From a virus: a stretch of DNA of 64,000 nucleotides. The stretch lies in IMG/VR virus record IMGVR_UViG_3300032229_000588, positions 13,457 to 77,456 of that record. One strand, 5' to 3'. The notes under the pieces were generated by a model that searched no databases, was not told the DNA's origin, and was given only the letters and a program-made list of their open reading frames with translations. The position numbers and the translations under genes are program-made. Positions 40,359-50,686 of this stretch are shown one piece after another (within the stretch, counting starts at the first letter, position 1; each line of letters begins with the position of its first letter).

Positions 40359-41995
40359 TTACAGTAGGATATTCAACAAGAGAACATAACCCCCAATTTA
40401 TCGAGTACTTAAAGAAAAGTTCGGGGTTTAAAAAAATAGAAGTTATTGAAAAGATTAATAACGGAGAAAAATCATTATCTGAGGTCTATAACGAAATTCT
40501 TGCAGAATCCACAACTGACATAGTTGTTCTTTGTCACGACGACATTTATTTCGACACATCAAGTTGGTTTCACAAAATAAGAACTCACTTTGAAAAAAGT
40601 GATTTTGGTATCTTGGGTGTTGCGGGTACAACCAATATGTCTGAAACTGGTAGATGGTGGGAAACCAATCGTAGAAAAGACATGATTGGTATTGTTAATC
40701 ATGAAAGTGGTGGAAAGAAATGGACTTCAAAATATTCTGAAGACCACGGTAAGTCAATCAGACAAACAGTTATTGTTGATGGTTTATTCATCGCATTGAG
40801 TAAATCAAGAATCAAACACAATTTTGACGAAGAGTTTAAAGGGTTCCACTTTTACGACATTGCTTTTTGTTTTAAAAACCATTTAGAAGGTGTAAAAATT
40901 GGTGTAATCAGTAACATTAGAATCACTCACAAATCTATTGGTCAAACTAACGAACAGTGGGAAGAAAACAGAGAGTTTTTTGTTCAAAAATATAAAGACA
41001 ACTTACCGTCAAAAATACCGTTTGACCCAAATAGAAGATTGAAGGTTTTATTATCTTGCATTTCATTTAGAAACTTTACAGGGTCTGAGTTGTATGTTTT
41101 TGAGTTAGCCAAATCATTACTTAAATTAAACTGCAGTGTTACCGTCCTTTCACAAATTGGCGGTCCTTTAACTGACATGGCTAAGAAACTTGGTATTAAA
41201 TGTGTTTCATTTGAAAACGCACCAGGTTTTAAGATTGGAGATGGTCAATGGGGAATGAATACACCTGAAGGATTTAAACCTTCAGTTCAAAACATGTTGT
41301 ATAGAATTTCTGAAGTTGATTACGATATCGTCCACATACAACACAAACCAGTTGCCGAGAGAGTTTTAAGTATGTATCCTGAATTAGATAAGATTTGTAC
41401 TATCCACTCTGAGGTAATGTCAAGAGATTTGGAAAATCCTGTTTTGGACCCAACAATTAAAAAATACATTGCAATCAGACCTGAAATTAAAGAACACATG
41501 ATTAATAATTTTGAGGTTCCTGAAGAGATGATTGAGGTAATCTATAATCCTGTAGATAATGAAAAGTTCAAATCAAAATCATTACCATCTGAAAACTATG
41601 TTTTGTTTGTTGGTACCATTGATTACCTAAGAAAAGAATCAATTTTGGATTTGATTGAATACACAAGAGAGATTGGAAAAGAGTTGTGGTTAGTAGGTGA
41701 AGACAATGGTAATTATTTACAAAATGTGTTACTTGAAAGTCATGTTAAGCATTTTCCAGCAACTTGGAATGTTGAAAATTACATTTCTAAATCATATGAA
41801 ACCGCGGGTATCCAATTAGGTAGAACAACTATCGAAAGTTGGTTGTGTGGTAAACCAAGTTGGATTTATAAAGTTGATGCTGGTGGATTTATCCTTTCAA
41901 AAGAAAGACACGAACCACCAACTGATATTGAGAAGTATTATGCTATGAACGTAGCTCAACAGATAAAAGACGAGTATCTTAAAATCCTATCATAA
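40355..41995 (+). CDS. Bifunctional glycosyltransferase (GT2-like N-terminus + GT-B C-terminus)
   Basis: CHDD, GVAG, VDGLF, FHFYD; then TGSELY...ELA...GRTTIESW. Confidence 0.75.
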   Translation: MITVGYSTREHNPQFIEYLKKSSGFKKIEVIEKINNGEKSLSEVYNEILAESTTDIVVLCHDDIYFDTSSWFHKIRTHFEKSDFGILGVAGTTNMSETGRWWETNRRKDMIGIVNHESGGKKWTSKYSEDHGKSIRQTVIVDGLFIALSKSRIKHNFDEEFKGFHFYDIAFCFKNHLEGVKIGVISNIRITHKSIGQTNEQWEENREFFVQKYKDNLPSKIPFDPNRRLKVLLSCISFRNFTGSELYVFELAKSLLKLNCSVTVLSQIGGPLTDMAKKLGIKCVSFENAPGFKIGDGQWGMNTPEGFKPSVQNMLYRISEVDYDIVHIQHKPVAERVLSMYPELDKICTIHSEVMSRDLENPVLDPTIKKYIAIRPEIKEHMINNFEVPEEMIEVIYNPVDNEKFKSKSLPSENYVLFVGTIDYLRKESILDLIEYTREIGKELWLVGEDNGNYLQNVLLESHVKHFPATWNVENYISKSYETAGIQLGRTTIESWLCGKPSWIYKVDAGGFILSKERHEPPTDIEKYYAMNVAQQIKDEYLKILS

Positions 41996-43152
41996 TGAAA
42001 ATTGGTATAGTCGATACCAACATTACTGGTCTATCTTTTGGTTTATTATGTGAAAAAAATGGATACGAGGTTTTGTTCTCCAACAAGGACGAAAACTTCG
42101 TATTCAATTTAAACCAAAGAGTTTGTATTACAAACGAACCCCTAATTCAAAGTTTATTATTTGATTGTCCAAAGTTTAGTGCAACCACAAGCGTATTAGA
42201 TGTTATTAAAGAATCTGATATTGTTTTTGTCTTTTCTGAAACACCAATAAATTTAGAGGGTAATTACGACACAACGGAAGTCTTCAACATCATCACAAAC
42301 TTTTATAGTTTATCGTCTCAAGACGTAGTTCTGTATGAGAAGAAGTTGGTTATTTGTTCCACCACTAACCCTGGTGAAGTTGAACAAATTCAATCAAGAC
42401 TAAACATGTTTAATGTTCAAGTCGCATATAACCCCATGTTTGTTGAAACGGGAGAGGTTGTAAAAAACCTACAAGAATCTGACATGGTTTTAATTGGTAC
42501 AGAACACCAAGAATTATCAAACGAATTGATAAACATTCACACAAGAATAAAGAAGGTAACTATAAACGCTTACGTGATGTCATATAAAGCATCTGAAATT
42601 GTTAAAGTAGGTATTAACTCATTTTTGTGTTCAAAAATTAACCAAGCCAATATGATTGGTCAAATTGCAATTAAATCAGGTATCGAATCAGAAATCGGCA
42701 TGATTTTAACTGCAATAGGTGGGGTTGATGGAATCGGTAAAAAACATATGTCTTACGGATTTGGGTTTGGTGGTCCATCAATTAATAGTGATAATAAAGC
42801 AATCAAACACTATTCTGAAAGTATTGGAGTTGAAACTAACTTACTAACATCAATTAATGAATTTAATAAATCACAATTAAAGTTCATTAAAGATTATTAT
42901 ATTCAACAAAATCCAACAGGTGAACAACCATTCGTTTTTAACTATATAACGTATAAAAATAACGTTAATGTATTAGAAGAGTCCCAACCATTTCAATTAT
43001 GTGTTGATTTATTAGACGATGGATATAACGTGAATGTTATTGAAAAACCTGAAATTATTTCACAATTAAATGATTTATCTGAAAAATATAACGGTAGATT
43101 AAGATTTTATAAACAAGGTACAAAACCTGAAGGAATACTAATTAAACTATAA
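41995..43152 (+). CDS. UDP-glucose/GDP-mannose dehydrogenase-like protein, degenerate
   Basis: NEP, STT.PG, YNP, SE..K...N and YGFGFGGP are retained, but GxGxxG and the catalytic Cys are altered. Confidence 0.7.
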   Translation: MKIGIVDTNITGLSFGLLCEKNGYEVLFSNKDENFVFNLNQRVCITNEPLIQSLLFDCPKFSATTSVLDVIKESDIVFVFSETPINLEGNYDTTEVFNIITNFYSLSSQDVVLYEKKLVICSTTNPGEVEQIQSRLNMFNVQVAYNPMFVETGEVVKNLQESDMVLIGTEHQELSNELINIHTRIKKVTINAYVMSYKASEIVKVGINSFLCSKINQANMIGQIAIKSGIESEIGMILTAIGGVDGIGKKHMSYGFGFGGPSINSDNKAIKHYSESIGVETNLLTSINEFNKSQLKFIKDYYIQQNPTGEQPFVFNYITYKNNVNVLEESQPFQLCVDLLDDGYNVNVIEKPEIISQLNDLSEKYNGRLRFYKQGTKPEGILIKL

Positions 43153-43865
43153 TGGTAATACTAACAACAACATACAATTGCGAAAACTTTGTAGAGAAAT
43201 CACTCGTGTCAATTATGACACAAAGATTCGGAGATTTCAAATGTTATATCACAGATGATTTATCTACTGATAATACGGTGGAGGTAATCAAAAAAACAAT
43301 AAGTGGTGATGATAGATTTGTATTAATCGAAAATAAAACCAAAATGTATCAACCAGGAAATTACGACCAAGTAATTCGTGGTTTAAACATTCCCGATGAT
43401 GAAATATGTGTTGAGGTTGATGGTGACGATTGGTTACCAAACTCAAATGTTTTTGGTTTAATTAATGAAACTTATTCTGACCCTAATGTTTGGATGACAA
43501 GTGGTTCTTTCAAATACAGTAACGGAGCACAAGGATTTTCAACCGCCCCAACAAGTTTTAGTAATATAAGAAAACAAGGATTTACCCTATCTCATTTAAG
43601 GACTTGGAAGTCTTGGTTGTGGAAAAAAATCAAAGAAGAAGACTTAAAAGACTCAGATAATAACTATTGGAGTGTGGCGGGTGACTTAGCATTTATGTTC
43701 CCAATGTTTGAAATGTCAGGTGAAAAACACTATAGACATATACCAACAATAACTTACATTTACAACGAAACTAATCCTTTGAATGACCATAAAGTTAACA
43801 TGCCTAAAGTAAATTCAACGGTTAGTATAATTAGAAATAAACAACCATACGAATTATTATCATGA
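43152..43865 (+). CDS. GT2 glycosyltransferase
   Basis: TYNCE, DDLSTD, VDGDDW, SHLRT. Confidence 0.8.
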   Translation: MVILTTTYNCENFVEKSLVSIMTQRFGDFKCYITDDLSTDNTVEVIKKTISGDDRFVLIENKTKMYQPGNYDQVIRGLNIPDDEICVEVDGDDWLPNSNVFGLINETYSDPNVWMTSGSFKYSNGAQGFSTAPTSFSNIRKQGFTLSHLRTWKSWLWKKIKEEDLKDSDNNYWSVAGDLAFMFPMFEMSGEKHYRHIPTITYIYNETNPLNDHKVNMPKVNSTVSIIRNKQPYELLS

Positions 43866-44512
43866 GTTTTGATTCAAGCATTGAAAACAGAATTAAACAT
43901 TATAATGAAACCAATCCAATTAAAAACATCCTACACATAGGTGCATGTTTAGGTGAGGAAGTTTCATTTTACGAACAATTCAACCCAAATGTAGTTTATT
44001 GGTTCGAACCAAATCCAAAACTACTCACAAGATTAACAGAAAATGTACAAGGTAAATCATTTACCAACATCGTGTTTCCATACGCGGTAAGTAATAAAAA
44101 AGGAACCGCCAATTTCAACATCATTGAAAATAGGGACGGTTCAAATCCTGGATGTTCATCTCTTCAAGATTTAAAATTACATTCAGAATTATATCCCGAT
44201 ATTAAAAAAGTTGACACTTGTGTTGTAGAAACAATCAATGTTGATGAATTCCTTTTGGAAAATAAACTTGAAACACAATTTGATTTAGTGAGTCTTGATA
44301 CACAAGGTCACGATTTTGAAATTTTAACTTCAAGTGATTTTATATTAAACGCTAAATTGATAGTTATTGAAACCGCATCAATTGAGTTATATGAAGGTCA
44401 ACAAACTGATACTAAGATTGAAGAGTTCCTGATGACCAAAGGTTTCATTAAGGATTATTATCACGCCTTCCATAATGTTTGGGGTGATACTTTATTTGTA
44501 AAACAAGATTAA
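43862..44512 (+). CDS. FkbM-family methyltransferase
   Basis: HIGA..GEE, FEPNP, LDTQG.D..IL, LYEGQ, WGD.LF. Confidence 0.8.
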   Translation: MSFDSSIENRIKHYNETNPIKNILHIGACLGEEVSFYEQFNPNVVYWFEPNPKLLTRLTENVQGKSFTNIVFPYAVSNKKGTANFNIIENRDGSNPGCSSLQDLKLHSELYPDIKKVDTCVVETINVDEFLLENKLETQFDLVSLDTQGHDFEILTSSDFILNAKLIVIETASIELYEGQQTDTKIEEFLMTKGFIKDYYHAFHNVWGDTLFVKQD

Positions 44513-44513
44513 T

Positions 44514-45323
44514 ATGATTTCAGCACATTTGATGGGTGGTTTAGGTAATCAATTATTTGAAGCCGCTCATGCCCTAGCACAAGGATGGAAACATAATAGA
44601 GAAGTTAAATTTTTTCCTGATTCATGGACACCTGGTCAAGGACGAAATGCTAGAAATTATGTAGATAACGTTTTTAGAAATTTGGAGTTTTCGGAAAATT
44701 TAGAAGGGTTTACTCACGTATATGAGGGACCTTTTGAATATTCTGAAGTTCATCCATTAGATACCAATACATCTTTTCACGGATACTTTCAAAGTTCAAA
44801 AAATTGGTTTGGATATGATGACAAGATTAGAGACACTTTTGAACCTTCAATTGAGTTTACTAAAAAGATGTATGAAAAATATCCCCAACTTTTAAAACCA
44901 AATACATTATCTCTTCACGTAAGACGAAGTGAATATCTTCAGTTTCCTGAGATTCACCCAACAATTACTTTAGAATATATTCAAGAGGCACTCAAACTTA
45001 TTGGTGAGTATTCCACAGTATTTGTGTTCAGTGATGACCACGATTTTGTAAAAGAAAACCTTAATTTCCCTGACGTAGTTTATGTAAATGAGACTGAAGA
45101 CTGGGAAGAATTATGGTTAATGGGATTGTGTAATAACCACATCATTTCAAATTCAACATTCTCTTGGTGGGGAGTGTTTTTAAATCAAGATAAAAATAAA
45201 AAAGTAGTCGCACCTTCAACTTGGTTTGGACCTAAAGGACCAAATGCTAAAGATATTTACGAACCATATTGGTTAGTAGTTCCAACAAAGTGGGAAGAGG
45301 GTGGATTAATCAAACCAATATAA
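44514..45323 (+). CDS. GT11 alpha-1,2-fucosyltransferase-like
   Basis: GGLGNQLF, GYFQS, LHVRR..Y, FSDD, ISNSTFSWWG. Confidence 0.85.
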   Translation: MISAHLMGGLGNQLFEAAHALAQGWKHNREVKFFPDSWTPGQGRNARNYVDNVFRNLEFSENLEGFTHVYEGPFEYSEVHPLDTNTSFHGYFQSSKNWFGYDDKIRDTFEPSIEFTKKMYEKYPQLLKPNTLSLHVRRSEYLQFPEIHPTITLEYIQEALKLIGEYSTVFVFSDDHDFVKENLNFPDVVYVNETEDWEELWLMGLCNNHIISNSTFSWWGVFLNQDKNKKVVAPSTWFGPKGPNAKDIYEPYWLVVPTKWEEGGLIKPI

Positions 45324-45325
45324 TC

Positions 45326-46159
45326 ATGGAAAAACAAAAAATCAGAAAAGTATCGGATTGGTGGGGTGAATACGATTGTTCATCTAACCGTAACATGCCA
45401 AAGTATCTACAATGGCTATCAAGAGACACACAAGACCCTTACACAGTAAGTGTTTATGTTGATAACTACATTAAAGATGTTGGTTTCAACGACCCATCAA
45501 GAGAAAAAATTGGTTGGTTGTTAGAATCGCCACAAATGAATGAAGGTACCATTAAGTATCTTGTAGATAATTTGGAAATGACAAGAGAACATTACAAATG
45601 TATCTTTACTTGTATGGATAGTTTAATTGAACTTGGTGCTCCATTTACTTACACTATTTCTAACGCAGCTCCTTGGATTTGGGAAAGAAATAGAATGATT
45701 TATCCAAAGACTAAATTGGTGAGTATGATTGCGTCTAACAAAGGTTGGTTACGTGGTCACCAAAACAGATTAGAGTGGGTTGAAAAATTAAAAGATAAAG
45801 TTGATTTGTTTGGTACTGGTAGACCTCACCAACTTAATGATAAAGAAGATGGTTTAAGAGATTATATGTTCTCTGTTTCAATTGAAAACGATGACTCTGA
45901 TGGATACTTCACGGAAAAATTGACGGACAACTTTGTAATGGGTACCGTACCAGTTTATTGGGGTTCAAGAAAAGTTGTTGAAAGATACTTTGACCCTGCG
46001 GGTGTTATCTTCTTGGAGGACGACCCAGATTTATCAACATTAACTCCTGAAAAATATCAATCAATGATGCCCGCTATTGAACGTAATTTTAAAATTGCAA
46101 TGGAAATGGGGACATCAGAAGATTATATGTGGGAACATTATTTAAAAAACTTATTTTAA
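45326..46159 (+). CDS. GT10 fucosyltransferase-like
   Basis: Y.FS..IEN...GYFTEKL.D....TVPVYWG. Likely ATG 45326. Confidence 0.75.
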   Translation: MEKQKIRKVSDWWGEYDCSSNRNMPKYLQWLSRDTQDPYTVSVYVDNYIKDVGFNDPSREKIGWLLESPQMNEGTIKYLVDNLEMTREHYKCIFTCMDSLIELGAPFTYTISNAAPWIWERNRMIYPKTKLVSMIASNKGWLRGHQNRLEWVEKLKDKVDLFGTGRPHQLNDKEDGLRDYMFSVSIENDDSDGYFTEKLTDNFVMGTVPVYWGSRKVVERYFDPAGVIFLEDDPDLSTLTPEKYQSMMPAIERNFKIAMEMGTSEDYMWEHYLKNLF

Positions 46160-46160
46160 T

Positions 46161-46970
46161 ATGAAATATCTTGTATTAGGTTCTGCAGGACAAGTTGGAG
46201 CAGAACTTTGTAAATTTTTAAGAAACGAAAATCACGAGGTAGTTGAATTCGATATTGCATCAGATGACTCACAAGATTTAAGAATACCTAACGTAATTGA
46301 TAATTTGGTTGAGGAGTCTGATTTTGTCATGTTCTTGGCGTTTGATGTTGGGGGTTCAAGGTATTTGAAAAAATACCAACACACTTATGAGTTTATTGAA
46401 AACAACACCAAGTTAACTCTTTATACTTTTGAAAGTTTGAGAAAACATAATAAACCATTTATTTTTGCGTCCTCACAGATGGCAAATATGTCTTACTCAC
46501 CATACGGTATTTGTAAATCATTAGGTGAAGTTTATACGAAAGCGTTAAATGGATTAACAGTTAAGTTTTGGAACGTATATGGTCCTGAACACGATTTAGA
46601 AAAATCTCACGTAATTACTGACTTTATCTTAAAGGCTAAGGAAGGTAAGATTGAAATGTTAACAGATGGTAAAGAAGAAAGACAATTTTTACATGCGGAA
46701 GATTGTTCGCGATGTCTCTTAACATTATCGGAAAAATATGATGAGATTGACCGTGAATCAAATTTACACATTACCAATTTTGGTTGGAATACAATTTTAG
46801 AAGTTGCACAAATTATTCAAGAATTCATTCCTTGTGAAATTATTCCTTCGACAGAAATTGACACAGTACAATTAAATAAAAGAAATGAACCTGATACATA
46901 TATCTTGAATTTTTGGAAACCCGAAATTTCATTAAAAGACGGGATTGAAAAAATTATCAAAGAAATTTAA
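46161..46970 (+). CDS. NAD-dependent sugar epimerase/dehydratase (SDR)
   Basis: LGSAGQVG, FASS, YGICK, NVYG, RQFLHAED. Confidence 0.8.
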   Translation: MKYLVLGSAGQVGAELCKFLRNENHEVVEFDIASDDSQDLRIPNVIDNLVEESDFVMFLAFDVGGSRYLKKYQHTYEFIENNTKLTLYTFESLRKHNKPFIFASSQMANMSYSPYGICKSLGEVYTKALNGLTVKFWNVYGPEHDLEKSHVITDFILKAKEGKIEMLTDGKEERQFLHAEDCSRCLLTLSEKYDEIDRESNLHITNFGWNTILEVAQIIQEFIPCEIIPSTEIDTVQLNKRNEPDTYILNFWKPEISLKDGIEKIIKEI

Positions 46971-46972
46971 TT

Positions 46973-47581
46973 ATGGAAAAGTACCTTATTGAATTAATGA
47001 ACCGTACTTTAAAAACTGTTAATGATGGTGAAACCCAACATTTTGAACACGTTTTAACATTCTTTTCAATTGCACTTCAGATGAAGACAAAAAAGATTTT
47101 AGAACTTGGTGTAAGAAATGGTGGGTCAAGTTATCCATTCTTGGTTGCTTGTAAAGTACTTGGAGGTCATTTAACCTCAGTTGATATAAATAATAGTGTT
47201 TGGAAAGCACCCGAAGATTTAGCACAATACCAAACTTTTATTCAATCAGATGCAATTGAGTTCTTAACAAATAATAATGAAAAATACGATTTAATATATG
47301 TTGATGATTGGCATAGTTATCCTCACGTTAAAAAAGAACTTGAACAAATTGACCGAGTAAGTGATGAAAACACCATCATATTATTACATGATTTGATGGG
47401 ACAAAGTTGTCACCCGCATTATTACAATCCTTTATACTCAAAAGAAAGTACAGAGTGGGGACTAGGTGGTCCATACAGAGCGGTGAATGAATTAGACAAA
47501 AGTAAATGGGAGTGGATGACTATTCCAATAAATCACGGGTTAACCATTTTAAGAAAAAAGGGGAACGTAATAACAACTTAA
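46973..47581 (+). CDS. Class I SAM methyltransferase (Methyltransf_24-like)
   Basis: LELGVRNG, SVDI, DLIYVD..HSY, LHD. Confidence 0.75.
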   Translation: MEKYLIELMNRTLKTVNDGETQHFEHVLTFFSIALQMKTKKILELGVRNGGSSYPFLVACKVLGGHLTSVDINNSVWKAPEDLAQYQTFIQSDAIEFLTNNNEKYDLIYVDDWHSYPHVKKELEQIDRVSDENTIILLHDLMGQSCHPHYYNPLYSKESTEWGLGGPYRAVNELDKSKWEWMTIPINHGLTILRKKGNVITT

Positions 47582-47584
47582 TTA

Positions 47585-48454
47585 ATGGAATTTACTGATT
47601 TTTTATCACCATATTACGATTTTTATAACACTGAAACCAAATTATATACTAATAAACGAGGTGCTGGTTTATACGCGGTTTTAAATTGGATGGTGAGAGC
47701 AATTTGTCTTTTGGAATTAAAGGGGGATAAAGTTGAAAAGATTGAAATGTTCCTTAACGAATATGCGAGTAACGTAGAGATATTTAATTCATTGTTTGAC
47801 ATTTCTCCCCAAGAAATTAAATTACCTGAACTAACGGAATCTGAAAAATTAGACTTTTTAAAAGTTAGTCATTATTCAAATACAGGATTATCTGAAAACC
47901 CTAAATATCTAAATTTAGAGATAACCAATCAAATAATTTCAAAGTTTTTTAATCCAAAACAAGAAGTTTTGGATTGGTACAATATTTTTATTAACCACAT
48001 TGGTTGTGATGTAAATGACATTATTTTTATTTGGGCTAGAAGAACAGATAAATCTTCAGAATCAAAAATACCATCAGTTGATGAATATTTAAGACTATTA
48101 TCCACAATAGATTGTGGAAATAAAAAAGTTTTAATTCAAACTGATGACCATTCAGTTCTTGAGGAATTTAATTCTAAAAATTTATCATTTTACACATTAT
48201 CACAAATACCTTTACCTAAAGATAAGGACAAACCATTTCATGTTGATTTATGGTTGGTGTCAGATGAAGATTTTAAAAAAATGTATGGTATAACAAAAAT
48301 AGACCATTTGAGACAAATGGTTGCACTTTCATTAATTGCTAAAAACGCACATAAATCAATAATATATCCAGGTAATCCAACAACTTTTATTCCATTATTT
48401 AAAGGTTCGTTTGATGACTGTATTTTATATAAAGATGATATAAATTTATTTTAA
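47585..48454 (+). CDS. GT23/NodZ(FUT8)-like GDP-sugar transferase
   Basis: ARRTDK..E (compare HVRRTDK) and IQTDD (compare LATDD). Confidence 0.5.
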   Translation: MEFTDFLSPYYDFYNTETKLYTNKRGAGLYAVLNWMVRAICLLELKGDKVEKIEMFLNEYASNVEIFNSLFDISPQEIKLPELTESEKLDFLKVSHYSNTGLSENPKYLNLEITNQIISKFFNPKQEVLDWYNIFINHIGCDVNDIIFIWARRTDKSSESKIPSVDEYLRLLSTIDCGNKKVLIQTDDHSVLEEFNSKNLSFYTLSQIPLPKDKDKPFHVDLWLVSDEDFKKMYGITKIDHLRQMVALSLIAKNAHKSIIYPGNPTTFIPLFKGSFDDCILYKDDINLF

Positions 48455-48467
48455 AACAAACACAAAT

Positions 48468-49541
48468 ATGAAAAGAGTAGTAATACTTGGTGGTGGTGGT
48501 TTCATTGGAGGTCACTTAGCCAAAAGATTAAAAGAAGAAGGTAATCACGTTAGAATCTGTGATATAAAAAAACACGAATATTTTTACCATGACGAAATTT
48601 GTCATGAGTTTATCTTGGGGGATTTAACTGACCCTAAAGTTGTTGATACCGTAATTGAGGAAGGTGTTGATGAGGTTTATCAGTTAGCTGCAGATATGGG
48701 TGGAGCATTATATATCTTTACTGGTGAAAATGATGCTAATTTGATGCATAACTCAGCAATGATTAACTTAAACGTATCAAGAGAGTGTGTTAAGAAAAAC
48801 GTTAAAAAAGTATTCTATTCATCGTCAGCATGTATGTACCCTGAACATAATCAGTTGGACCCTGAAAATCCAAACTGTGAAGAAAGTTCTGCATACCCTG
48901 CAAACCCTGACTCAGAATACGGATGGGAAAAATTGTTTTCAGAAAGAGTATTTTTAGCATACAACAGAAACTACGGTTTAAATGTTAGAATTGCAAGATT
49001 CCACAACATCTTTGGACCACAAGGTACATGGACAGGTGGTAGAGAAAAATCACCAGCTGCGATGTGTAGAAAAGTCGCTGAAGCAAAAGAAGGTGATGTT
49101 ATCGAAGTTTGGGGTAATGGTCAGCAAACTCGTTCATTCTTATATGTTGATGAATGTGTTGAGGCAGTATTGAGATTGATGAATAGTGATTTTACAGGTC
49201 CTGTTAATATTGGGTCTGAAGAAATGGTAACTATTAATCAGTTGGCAGAAATAGCAATTAATATTTCAGGTAAAAATTTAAGTATCAAAAATATTGAGGG
49301 GGAGGAATTTGTTAATAAATATGGTTTCAAATGTCCTTTAGGTGTTAAAGGTAGAAATTCAGATAACGAATTATATCGTGAAAAAATCGGTTGGGAAGTT
49401 AATCAACCATTATTAGTTGGATTACAAAAAACGTATAATTGGATTAGTGCTAAAGTAATTGAAAAAGAACAGAATACTCTTTGGATTTACGAAAGTCCTG
49501 ATGGTGGTAAAACCGTAAACCGTAGACCTATGAACCAATGA
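48468..49541 (+). CDS. gme: GDP-mannose 3',5'-epimerase-like
   Basis: GGGGFIG, QLAADMGG, YSSSACMYP, AYPA.PDSEYGWEK, RFHNIFGP.GTW.GGREK.PAA.CRK, TRSFLY, GVKGRNSDN. Confidence 0.85.
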   Translation: MKRVVILGGGGFIGGHLAKRLKEEGNHVRICDIKKHEYFYHDEICHEFILGDLTDPKVVDTVIEEGVDEVYQLAADMGGALYIFTGENDANLMHNSAMINLNVSRECVKKNVKKVFYSSSACMYPEHNQLDPENPNCEESSAYPANPDSEYGWEKLFSERVFLAYNRNYGLNVRIARFHNIFGPQGTWTGGREKSPAAMCRKVAEAKEGDVIEVWGNGQQTRSFLYVDECVEAVLRLMNSDFTGPVNIGSEEMVTINQLAEIAINISGKNLSIKNIEGEEFVNKYGFKCPLGVKGRNSDNELYREKIGWEVNQPLLVGLQKTYNWISAKVIEKEQNTLWIYESPDGGKTVNRRPMNQ

Positions 49542-49921
49542 TAACAATTCCTGTCAGTGTTGGTGAATTACTTGATAAGTTATCAATTCTTCACGTAAAA
49601 AAAATAAAAATTTTTAATGAAGAAAAACTATTGTTCATTAATAAAGAATTTGAATTACTATATAATATGTCATCGTATTATTTGAATGACTCTGAGATAT
49701 CAAAATTATATCATGATTTAGTGAACGTTAATACCAAATTATGGGAAGTTGAAGATGAACTTAGAGTTTACGAATCAAAAAATGTGTTTGATGCGTCATT
49801 TGTTGAATTGGCAAGAAAAGTTTATTACACAAATGATGAAAGGTTTTCATTAAAAAATAAAATTAATGAGTTGACAGACTCAGAAATTAGAGAACAAAAA
49901 GAATACATTGAATATAAATAA
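49538..49921 (+). CDS. DUF6165-like protein
   Basis: IPVSVGELLDKLSIL..K...VN..LWEVED..R......F.ELARKVY.TND.R...K..IN. Confidence 0.7.
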   Translation: MITIPVSVGELLDKLSILHVKKIKIFNEEKLLFINKEFELLYNMSSYYLNDSEISKLYHDLVNVNTKLWEVEDELRVYESKNVFDASFVELARKVYYTNDERFSLKNKINELTDSEIREQKEYIEYK

Positions 49922-49936
49922 ATTTAAAACAACATA

Positions 49937-50686
49937 ATGGCAAAATCGACAAGAAAAACCCCAACACCTACTCCTTCATTAAATGAGGAGAGACAGGTTA
50001 GAACTAAAAAAGAAATCATTTGTTCAATAATTAAGAAGAAAACTAAAGAAAAATTTTTAACTCAAACTCAAAAAAATTATTATGATGTTTTAACCTCAAG
50101 TGAGGTAACTGTTTGTTCAGGACCTGCAGGTGTAGGTAAAAGTTACATTACAATGAAAGCGGCTGTTGATTTATTGGCAGACCCAAACACACCTTACGAA
50201 AAAATAATAATTGTTAGACCAGCGGTTGAAGCGGAGGAGAAGTTAGGTAGTTTACCAGGTAATGTAGAAGAAAAACTTGACCCTTATATTTTCCCATCAT
50301 ATTACTTATTAAATAAAATTATTGGTAAAGAAGCTAGAGAAAAATTAAAGGATTTAGAAATTATCGAGGTATTCGCATTGGCATTTATGAGAGGTATGAA
50401 TATTGACAACTCAATTCTAATTTTTGAAGAAGGTCAAAACGCAACCCCAAGTCAAATGAAACTTCTATTGACAAGGATTGGGTTTAATAGTAAATTTTTT
50501 ATTTCAGGAGATGTTGAACAGTCCGACAGGTATAAGAATAAAACACATAGTGGATTGTGGGATGCTATTGAAAAATTTAGAGATTCAAAAGTAATTTCAA
50601 CTTTTGAATTTAAAGATAAAAAAGATATTGTTAGAAATCCTTTAATTACTAAAATATTACAAAAATACGATAACGAAGTAGAATGA
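49937..50686 (+). CDS. phoH: PhoH-family ATPase
   Basis: GPAGVGKS, RPAVEA.EKLG.LPG, FMRG, EEGQN, TRIG, GD..Q.D, VRNP. Confidence 0.92.
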   Translation: MAKSTRKTPTPTPSLNEERQVRTKKEIICSIIKKKTKEKFLTQTQKNYYDVLTSSEVTVCSGPAGVGKSYITMKAAVDLLADPNTPYEKIIIVRPAVEAEEKLGSLPGNVEEKLDPYIFPSYYLLNKIIGKEAREKLKDLEIIEVFALAFMRGMNIDNSILIFEEGQNATPSQMKLLLTRIGFNSKFFISGDVEQSDRYKNKTHSGLWDAIEKFRDSKVISTFEFKDKKDIVRNPLITKILQKYDNEVE

